Shown: positions 54,111 to 64,000 of the stretch, in pieces
How positions within the stretch are numbered: position 1 is the first letter of the stretch
Layout: the number at the start of each line of letters is the position of its first letter
Assembly (NCBI RefSeq): GCF_009914755.1
Contig: NC_060929.1
Direction: 5' to 3' (one strand)
Source: the human T2T-CHM13v2.0 reference genome, Homo sapiens
DNA: 64,000 bases
The notes under the pieces: generated by a model
What the model was told of the DNA's origin: nothing
Seen by the model: only the letters and a program-made list of their open reading frames with translations
The model's database searches: none
Made by a program: the position numbers and the translations under genes

Positions 54111-57100
54111 TTTTAAACTATACTTAACAGAGGAATTCCAGATGCTCTTTATTCTAGACTCTGCAGATTTAATCATCAGGTAAACTAAATACTTGTCTAA
54201 GCACCAACAAGGCAAGGATATCAGCTAAACAAATAAATCTATTAAATTCTTATATTCCTAAAAATGTCTCCAGGAACTTTTAAAACTGCCTCTGTTCCCT
54301 TGCTTCTTCAAGTGTTACAAAGCACAAAAGTCTTTAACCACATTTTTCCAAGAATAATTCTGCCTCCTTAATTGTATTAGCATATATGCAGTACTAGAGC
54401 CTTTTGTTTAATGCTTATGACTACATTTACCTAAAAACAGAAAAGAGCGTTATTGAATTCTGATGGGTAGAGCCATATGCCATTTCAAACCTAAAATTCT
54501 GCTGTACCAACCAATTAAATTTATATGTGGTAGACCATAAAAAGTTAGAAGCAAACGTGTTATTTTTCCAGTTCCTACTTACCCCTACTCTAATGGCTTA
54601 TTTGACCTTGCCAGGGGCTTTAATTGGGACTTCAGAGTGAGATAACCAGGAGCTTCATAGGCAGAGGAGGAACTTTTTTTTTTTTTTTTTTTTTTTTGCT
54701 GAGGTTGTGGTTATCCTTCTTGTATTTTGTCAAAGAACATTTTTAAATTCAAATATAGAATCTTGGAACAAATATGTAATGTTCCTACGGTGCAAAAAGG
54801 GGTAAAATAATGATGACCCAAAAGTAAAGTTAAAAAGAGATCATGCTACACAATGGAGAGTCTATTTTGCATTGATGTTAGTAATACAAGAAGTGAGGTG
54901 GAAGTAGAAGAAAAGAGAGACTGACATGGCAGAAATAGAATCTTCAAAGAGCAGAAAAGAAAAAAAAATGTGGGGGAAAAGAGAGCAAAGGATATAGAGA
55001 ACTTATATAAATTTTCTCAGTGAGTACAACAAAGTTTTAATAGAATTAGTAATTCTTACACATTGGTTTGTTTCAGAGGGAGGCATTGCAGAGAGACCCC
55101 TTTCAAAGCACACAGGAAGTGGCTGAAGTCAATAAAGAAACAGAAGAACAATTTGAATGAAGATGGATCAAAAAGAAGACAGACATTTCTAAAAAGCCAT
55201 CTTTAAATATACCATTTTACAAGCTCCCTAGCAAATATCTTGAGACAAAATTGGATGACTACACATTTAGCATATTATCATGATGCTTTGAAAATATGTA
55301 TGTGTACATATATATGTAATATTTATACACAAAATGTATAACATAATATTTCATATGATAATAAATATAAATGTAAATATAAATTTGACTTAAGAAGGGA
55401 GTATATGTTGATAGCGTTGAAGTAAGCTTAGATGATCACCTTAAATGTTGTTACTGTCTTTGTTGCCATAGAATAAACACTTAAAGAGAAATAACAACTT
55501 TGTTTTCAGTTTGGAGCATATTTTTGGCCCTGGGATTATTGATTAGAGAGATTAATATGTATTTTCCTTATTTCATCTGTAAAATTTAAGTTATTTTTAA
55601 ACAGTTATTTTATTTACACATAATGTCAGGCTGGCACCTGGAACAATAAATGTTGAGTTTTATTGTAAACTTGATCCAAGTATTTGAAACTCAATAATTT
55701 TTACAGTGCTAATTGATATATTACATGGTTCTAAGAATTAGAAGAAGGAAATAATAATTTAAGATGATATCAAATTAAATATTACAAATTCCCACTATTC
55801 CCTTTCTGGGGTAATTGAATAGTTGCTGAGTTTATATAAAAAAAGTTGAATTTAGATGAGGTTGGAAATTATGCTATTAAGTTGACCTTATGTAGAACTA
55901 ATGCACACTTTAGGGGAAAATTTTCTTTCAGTTGGACTTGAAGAAATCCTTTAATTTCTTAAATTATCCATTTGGAACATTTACTTAAATAAATAGTCAT
56001 AAAATTCTGTGAACTTTAAATTCTGTGAACCAAAGGCTCCTACCTTTGGTCCCCATTATCTTCCACTCTGAAATGTAATGTGTAATCATTTCACCATGAG
56101 CCTCTGATAAACTCACCACATGGGAAAAGAGTAAATGTTTTCCAATCATATCTACAAAAAATATGACTATGGCTTTTGGTGGTCAGAAGTAAGCATACAT
56201 CTCTTAGGTGTTGGAAAATAAGCTTGTCCTTGCCATAACCTATAGGTATATATTTTTTCCTGCTAACATGGTTTCACAGCAGAACCGAAAGTCAGTTCAC
56301 AATCATACACATGCCGTTCAGCTTGATAGTTTTAAGACTTGAGATAATTGTGTTTGATGGTTATATGTCTAGAGAGAGAACAAACTGAGTGGACATAATC
56401 AATCTTTTTATTCTGAGAATGTCATAACAATCGCTAACACTTGAGAAATATGTGATAAAGCCTATGCTCTCTTATGTGGCTTATATGAAATGCTAAATTC
56501 AATGGCATTTAAATATGGCCAAAGAAAGTTATAGTTTTAAATGTTTTAAATGAATCACTAGGTTAAACAATTGGTTATGTGACAGTTTACAGCACCAAAA
56601 TCAGGTGCTGTAAGATGCTATTCTGAGAATTTTTATTGAATATGCAGATAATGCTTCCTAAATTTAACCACAGAATATTTTTTTCTTAATGCAACTTGCA
56701 AGATGGATACTCCTTGAAATATAATTTGAGAAATTCTAGTCAGCTGTTTCAAACTTAATTATTTTCCTCAAATTTTCCATTTCTAGCACTCCTCAGTTAG
56801 CAGTAAACCACATTTCATTAAATAGAAACTCACTAAAATTTTTATCAGAATTTCAGCAAAATTGTTTGTACTTGCATCAGTTTGTTTCACTCATCTCCTA
56901 CTTGAAAAAATGCCTCAAACTATACAGTGAGTTCCATTGACTCTTGTCTTCTTGGAATTCTCTTCCATCTCAGTTCTTTCTACGTCTTCAGTTTCTCCAA
57001 TCTTACTTATTGTCCTCATTATCACTTAAACATAATTTTCTCTTTTGAAGTTCTATAGAAAGGCATTATGATATGACTCATGCTGCATCTCAAACTGCAG

Positions 57101-57384
57101 GGTCATCCCCAAAGACAAATTGTCAGAATTGTTGCCCTAGAAACTCTGATGCGACTCTAGAATCTTTCCGTCAGAGATCTCTGACCAAAACTAAAATATT
57201 AAGATTTCAAAAGTGACTTAATAGCATGGATTTTTGCAGAAATATTTGGAGTGCTCTATTTTGAAATTATCAGACATTTTTCTTGCAAAAAGAAAGAAAT
57301 GGAAGATGCTATTTAGAGAGAGAGACTGAAGTCATTGAAGTTTGGGAGAAACACTTGTCCGGGTTTGTCAGAGAATAGCTATTA

Positions 57385-57825
57385 TTCTGGCTACTAATTC
57401 AGAAAAATCATTTATCCTTCTTCCTGAAACTATATCTAGATTATAGTTTCCAACTTCCCTTACATGTGGTTATGTGTTTGCATTTTGGCCACCTTAATGT
57501 GGAAGGGAATTAGGTATAACACTTCCAGCCTATTCAAAAAAGCCCCATACTAAACTCTATTTTTCTCTCCCTCTCACTCTTTAATTATCTCTCTATCTTG
57601 TTCTCTCCTTATTTCTATTTCAATCTCCATCTCTCTCTCTCTCTTTTGCTTACAAGCCAAATGCAAAGGATGTTGTAATTACAAGATTGAAGGGATCAGT
57701 TGAGTTCTTGAGTTGCTGTGCAGAAAATCACTTTCAGTAAAAATACACAGAACCGTTAAATGAGCACAAAATAAACCTCACTTATCTTGAATTACATCAA
57801 TGAGACTTGAAGGTTGTTTCTCTCT
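57385..57825 (+). mobile_element. MLT1I/J-type LTR
   Basis: 'tttccaacttccctt...aatgtggaaggga...cacttccagcct...aaataaacct...gagacttgaaggttgttt'. Confidence 0.65.
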
Positions 57826-59339
57826 TATTTATTAGTGAGGAATAACTTTTGCTTATGATATTTAGATGGCATATGAGTTATACTGATGAGATTCTTTGAA
57901 AGTGCTGTGATATAGGAAGAATCTGCTATATTTAGGAAGGAAATCCTTAATCAGAAAGTTTCAAGATAATGTATGTGTTTGTTTACATGCACAAGATGCA
58001 GACTACACGGAACGAAGAGCTGAGTTATTTTACAGCACTACATTTCAGGTGCCAACTTTCTTATCTCCTCTTTCTTTGTTAATTTTTTTGTGATCCACAC
58101 CTGGGAAGGTCAAGAATATTAGTTAGCAGGTGAGGAAGAAAATGATCAAAAGATTTGATGGACTAACCTCTATAGCAAATGATTAATCCACAGAAGACTC
58201 TGGCTGGAGTAGCTGAGGGTATTAGACCATAAAACAAGTTCTGAGTTTTGATGTGTGTACTATCTATTGTTTCTGCTCTTACTATGTTTTTGGCCTCAAA
58301 ATTTAAGAGCAAAGTCAAGTGAATATCAGTAGTGCTTATCTTCAGATCCTTGAGTCTCTTTTTATATAATGATGAAAATTTACATAAATAGTTCACTTAA
58401 TACTTATGATTAAAAATACCCCTGGTTTTTTAAAATACGCACAACCAAGATCTGGCTGTGGGAATCAATAATTAAACTCTGCCCTTTTTCTAGCTTTTTG
58501 GGTTTGATAAATGATCTGAGTCTGGATCAAAATCAGAATTGAATGAATATCATGTCATTTTCACAGATGCAGCACATATTACAAGAGAAAATAGGAATGT
58601 CCTATGAAGAATTCAATAGAGAAACTGGTCTATATTCTGATATTAGAATAAATAAACAGGCTGGGAGATAGCAGACTGAGTAGGAGATTAGGTGTCTTGG
58701 CTAGATTTCTGTATAGAATTTGCCAAGTATGAGGCATTTCACTTAATGGCATGAGGATCCTAAGGACTAAATTTGGTAGATGTTCCCAAATCTAAAATTG
58801 TTTCTATTCTATATGTGGAGGATGGCTAATGGATAACCTAGATTCAATATTTTTGAGTATTTGGAGGATTGCTAATGGATAAGCTAGATTCCATTTTTTT
58901 CTTCCAAAACAGTATCTTTGATACTGTTAGTTATATCTTTTTCTAATTAGAAGACTTGATCTGAATTATTTCATAATAATTTTGGGAGGGTTTATGATAA
59001 AATTAGTCTCTAATAGAAAGATCCAAAAATAACTTAGTTACTTAAAAATGATATAAATTTCATTTTCTTTTATGTATTAACTCAGTGTCCATCTCAGTTT
59101 TTTCCAATGACTGACAGCTGAAAACTCTGTTCTGTATGGTCTTCAGCTTCACTATTCTCCTTGAGATTTGAGGCCTGTTTATTTTTCCATTATATACTAA
59201 TATATTTAACTCCCTCAGGCACTATTTTCATCTTTAGACTCCATGATATAATGAATCCTTAAGCAAGCAAATTTTGGGATTGAATAAAATCTGCAGTTTG
59301 GAAGCTAGACTGGTCTTCTGATAGAATATTCCTGAATTA

Positions 59340-59590
59340 TAATATAGTGATTATATCTGCAGAAGTTGGAGGCAGATTGTCTAGGGAAAATAACCAGCTT
59401 TGTTATTTATTAACTGTGAGAAGTTATTTAATCTCTCTGTCCCTGTTTGCTCATCTCAAAAAATGTCTCTAATAATAACATCAACCTCATTGGTAGATTA
59501 AATCAATTAATAAATTTAAGGAACATAGAATAGTGGCAAAGCCATTGTAAATGCTCAGTAAGTAGTATTGAATATTATCCACTATAATAA
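59340..59590 (+). mobile_element. MIR
   Basis: 'ggaggcagattgtctagg...aagttatttaatctctctgt...taaatgctcagtaa'; another MIR at ~59860-60060. Confidence 0.75.
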
Positions 59591-60788
59591 TAAGTACCTT
59601 TAGGGAAGGTAAAGAATGAGGTAGATTGTTATTCTCTTTCTGCCTCTTTTTATTGTTTTATTTCCACTCCCCGAAGTACCTGGCATATATTAGACACTGA
59701 AATATTTGTTGAGTTAATCAATTTCAAGTATTCCAAAATATTCTTTCATTATATAACTATTCATTAATACAAAGAATCCAGAAATCAAAGCTCATTTAAT
59801 GTAATTGATATAGCTTAACATTTGTGAGCTAAAATATCCATATCATGATGAGATTTTCTGAATTTGAATCCTTGACCTGCCCCTCTCTAAGTTTTATTTA
59901 ACCTCCCTGAGCCTCATTTATCTTATCAAAAATGTAGGTTTAAAAATAGTACACCTCTCAAATGTATGATCAAGTAAGATTACATACCTAAAGTGCTTAG
60001 CTTCATGCTTGGAAAAATAATAAATGCATTATAGGTACTTTTATTAGTATATTATTGTTATTTAGCACTTAAATACTCATTAAAAGTGTATGGGTACTCT
60101 CTGCTGTCATTACATTAACATTCACTAGGCCTACTTTATGCCCTTGTTGTTTTGTCTTTCATTAACTTTTAAAATGCTTGTTTTCTCAGTAGATATGTTT
60201 CATACCATTTTATATTCCATCTGCTCTCACTGGTATATGACTGCAATGAATGCCAACTGGTGATTCATTCTAGTGATTTAGAGAAACAGTGTTCTTTAGA
60301 TATAAAATCAAGAAAACCATTTTCTCCATGATCAATTACTCATGTCTTTTTTCCTAAAAAGAGATATTATTTAACAGGGTTGCCATTCAGGAGCCTCTCA
60401 GAGACATGATCTTCTCCCAATATCTTCTTCATTTAAATGAAATATTTTTGCCATTGTGTCCCAGAATAGCAAACCTTCTCCAGGCATTGGTTCACTGATC
60501 CTATAAGCACAGTTGCTAAGAGAGATCTTCACAGATTTTTTTTCCCATTTATTGCCCTTTTGTTAATTGTCTCACTGATAAAGGACAAGAAGGTGAGCTT
60601 TGACTTTATCATTATTATTCATGATTCTTTGTAGTGGAGACAACTCCTTTGGAAAGACTGCTATCCCTCATTTAATTTTCTCTCTTCAGCATCACTTGGA
60701 ACAATCTCTAACTTTTATTTGGTAAGATATTTCTAATATCCTCCACTCTTAAAACAAGGGTTATTCACCCTAAATATCTATTATTCAG

Positions 60789-61013
60789 ATTATATATATA
60801 TATATCTCAGTTTATATATATATCTCAGTTTACATATATATCTCAGTTTATGTATGTGCATATATATAGGTGTATATATATGATATATATCATATATATG
60901 ACGTCATATATATGATATATATCATATATATGACGTCATATATATGATATATATCATATATATGACGTCATATATATGATATATATCATATATATGACAT
61001 CATATATATGATA
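60789..61013. repeat. AT-rich minisatellites: (TA)n-tctcagttta x3, then a 32-bp palindromic unit containing TGACGTCA
   Basis: TGACGTCA at 60899, 60931 and 60963; TGACATCA at 60995. Confidence 0.97.
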
Positions 61014-62524
61014 TTAACTGACTCTGGAGCATAGGCATGTGCTATGACCTAAAGATAAATGAACAAGTAGGATTTGATTTCTACTCTCCCGGACCTAACA
61101 CACTAGTGAGAGAGATGCTGAATTTAAATAAAATGAAGTTACAGAGCTGGTGCATTTAAAGCCAATATTGAACGGATCTAATGCATTAAATTCTGAAAAA
61201 TGAAGGGAAATGTACACATCTTAGGATGTTAATTGAGCTGACTTTTGAAATTCTTGAATTTTCCTTATGTTATTGTTGGTCACTATATTTTAAAAGACAA
61301 CCTATTACCAAGAAGTAGGAATCATTTATTTTAGACATATAGGTTTTTTCTTTCTCATATTTTCTACAGGAAGACTGCCAAGATGAATAAAGTACAAAAC
61401 TCAACTAAATCATTAAAAAATCACATTTCATGAGGATTTATTAACTCTCAAATTTTAGGAAGCCAATTACCTTTACATTTTTTTACGCTTATTAATAGGA
61501 AAAAGTGATTGCCATATGTGCTAAGATCTAATACTTCCAAAATGACCCTTTTTGTCTTAAGTACAGCACTTTTTGAACTATGGAATAATTGCATAATTAT
61601 AAAATTTGACCTACAAAATGTTTCATAACAATAGATGTCTGTACGTGTAGAAAAATTGTTTTTCTACATATGTTTGATTAATCAGAATGGTGTTACTATT
61701 AATAGAGAAATTTGTGATTCTATCCCAGACATTTAGAATTGAGAACAAATTAAATAAGAATTGAGAATAAATTAAATTTCCAAATTTCTTATGAAAATTG
61801 AAATCATATGGATTTATACAAACTGAGTATTTTGGTAATATTATCCTGCAAAAATAATTTGAAGTTGTTTTCACTTTAGATTATCCTTTGATTTATAACT
61901 TACATGACAACTTTATTTAAAATCTTTTGAGCAAATCACAGTCCTATAATATCATATTCAGGTTGTTTTATTGTCTACCTTGCATTAGAAGAACGTTTTC
62001 CAGAATTCGATCCTTTGGAAAGAGTTGACAAAAAATTTTTCAGCTTGTTCAGAATCCAAGTAGGAGACGGAACTCATGTATTTTAGGTCAATTGAATGAT
62101 CAGCTGGCTGAACAGCTATTAGGTATGCATTAAACAAGTTTTAGTACAAAGCACTATGTTAGAGTTTGCTTCTGGGTTTTAAGGAAGAACTGTTACAGAA
62201 TCCTCAGGGCACAAAGAGCATGGGGGTCTCTTCCTCTCTGAACAAGCATGTGCCCCTGGGCCCTGCTGGCTGAGCCTGCTCAGTGTTTGTGAAGAATAAT
62301 AGGGAAGTCGTGCACGTATCTCTCTCGGGTTCTTTTTGACAATCTACTTTAATATAAGACCTTGAACTTCAGTGGTGCTTCTTAGTGCTATGTATTTTAG
62401 GTTGGTTAGCCTTATTTCAACAGCAATGATTCCACACAATCCTTTGAACACAATGCAAAGGATCAATCAAATCATACATTCTGGAGCCACAGTGTCTTTC
62501 TTTTAAATCCTCAATCTTCTTGCT

Positions 62525-62690
62525 TTTAGCTTTGTGGCCAAATACGTCTCTGTGTTTCTGTTTCCTCAACTGTGGAATAGAGATAAAAATGACAGCAACC
62601 TCAAAGTATTTTCAAATGAATAAATGTATATATAAACAAAAATACCCAACACAATGCCCAGTACCTAAGATCACACAGTAAACATTTTTA
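62525..62690 (+). mobile_element. MIR
   Basis: 'tctctgtgtttctgtttcctcaactgtggaatagagataa...cacaatgcccagtac'. Confidence 0.7.
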
Positions 62691-62699
62691 TATGTATAG

Positions 62700-63235
62700 A
62701 GTGTGATGAAGTTGGATAGGACTTTCACCATGGGCTCCTAAAAGAGCCCTACTGGCTCTTTTTTTTTTTTTTTTTGGTTCTTTCTAGATCCATTTTCTAT
62801 GTTTCTTTAATCTGCTCTGTTGATAAGCTACATGCTGCTGTCTCCTAAAATCTATAGACTGCGTCACTGGACTTTCTTGTCTTTAAGTTTCCCATAGGGT
62901 TTCACCAATGGGAAACGCCAGTAGATAAGAGAGCAAATGGGGAGAAAGGGCAATATATTGTTGTCTCTGCTTCCGCGAGTAAGGTATTAGGCTGATTCCT
63001 CTGCCACAGATCCTGACTAAGGACCATACTCCAGTGTTGTTCTTGAAACACTGCTTCTCTCCTTATTTTTCGGGACTCTGGGGAAAGCCTTCTGTCACTG
63101 GTCCCTGGGTGCTTCACTGTTCTTTGTTGGTTCTCTTAATTCTGTAAACTCTTTCATATAGAATCTCTTTCTTCAGTTAAACACATTGAACATGTTGAAT
63201 ATGACATCTTTTTGTTTTGATGAATTAAATATGAG
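62700..63235 (+). mobile_element. LTR16-type ERVL LTR
   Basis: 'gggtttcaccaatggg','ccctgggtgcttcactgttctttgttggtt' resemble LTR16. Confidence 0.6.
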
Positions 63236-63454
63236 GGCAAAAATGTGTCATTAAAAACTTTTTTCAGACTCACTAAAATATCCCTAAAATGTCTCTGCTT
63301 TCCAATCCTGAGGCATCTTCCTTCATCTATTTGTACATGCTTAATATTATAAAGAAGCAAGGGGTTAACCATGAAATGTCAGAGGTTACAAAAATATCGT
63401 GTTCATGGAAAATGGGTATTTGGATCCTCTTCCTCAATGTGCAGGAGAGGAAAT

Positions 63455-63909
63455 CATTCTTCTGCTATCTGTTGCTATATAAAAAGTCCCTCCAAAATGT
63501 AGTGGCACAAAACCAACCATTTCATTTGGATCACATTCCATGGATCGGCAATTTGTCCTAGGCTTTCATGGGTGGCCCTTCTCATATTGACTTAGATAAT
63601 ATTTTCTGGGCTTAATGATAGTTCTAGAGCATTAACTGTAATAGCTAAGAGTCTCTCTTTACATAAGTATGAATTCTTATCCTCCAGGAAGCTAGTCAGG
63701 CTTGTTCCCATGGTGGAGGAATGTTTCTTGGGGCAAGGGCAGAAGCTAAAGGTCCTCTTGAGGTTCAGAACTGGCACAGATTACTTCTTTCCTAGTCTAT
63801 AGGGTTAATGCAAATTAGCTCAGATTCCCTCAAGGGATGAGGGAATAGACAACAGTTTTGGGTGGGAGAGGTTGTAGAGAATCTGTGTCCATTTTTTCAA
63901 TCTACCCCA
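63455..63909 (-). mobile_element. MLT1G/H-type LTR
   Basis: 'ccaaaatgtagtggc','ggtcctcttgaggttcagaactggcaca','gggaatagac...gggagagg...ttttcaatctacc'. Confidence 0.7.
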
Positions 63910-64000
63910 GTCCTAAATCCCAAAATCAGGTGAAGGATTGCTACAAAAAAAGCAAACATTATTCACAAAACCGTTGTGGGATATCTTTTAGAAAATGAAA

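Noticed and set aside
56587-56613. 10-bp perfect hairpin ttacagcacc-7nt-ggtgctgtaa
   Set aside because: Too short for a pre-miRNA; an isolated stem like this is plausible by chance
60874-61002. 32-bp periodic repeat as a CRISPR array
   Set aside because: Spacers are identical, the context is eukaryotic, and there are no cas genes
61344-61391. Strong 3' splice-site-like tract (…tttctacag|G) followed by AATAAA; similar acceptors at ~25224 and ~55076
   Set aside because: No linked donor or upstream exon; such motifs are common in AT-rich DNA and need RNA evidence

Overview
AT-rich eukaryotic (catarrhine primate, probably human or great ape) non-coding DNA, resembling a gene desert or large intron. 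I found no credible host protein-coding exon, RNA gene or CRISPR array; the ORF track is explained by L1, Alu and LTR remnants or by chance. The window is a fossil record of transposable elements: an old L1M with nested MLT1 and MER52 LTRs, a full-length decayed ~6.4 kb L1PA8-10-type element, about 11 Alus, MaLR LTRs (MLT1, MST, THE1), ERV1 LTRs (MER52, MER31/67-group, LTR12F), DNA transposons (MER1B, MER5, Tigger2/3, MER46C-like), plus L2 and MIR relics. Three structures stand out. (1) A 756-bp HERV-K(HML-5)/LTR22 element at 43599-44354 has U3 termini at BOTH ends in inverted orientation, a PBS and gag start, and a 6-bp target-site duplication (TSD). (2) A 122-bp perfect AT-rich palindrome at 60874-60995 is built from 32-bp units, each carrying a consensus CRE (TGACGTCA). 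(3) An end-trimmed LTR12F lies inside the tail of an Alu, within that Alu's TSD. Repeat subfamily names come from recalled consensus sequences, not from a RepeatMasker run, and boundaries of old repeats are approximate.
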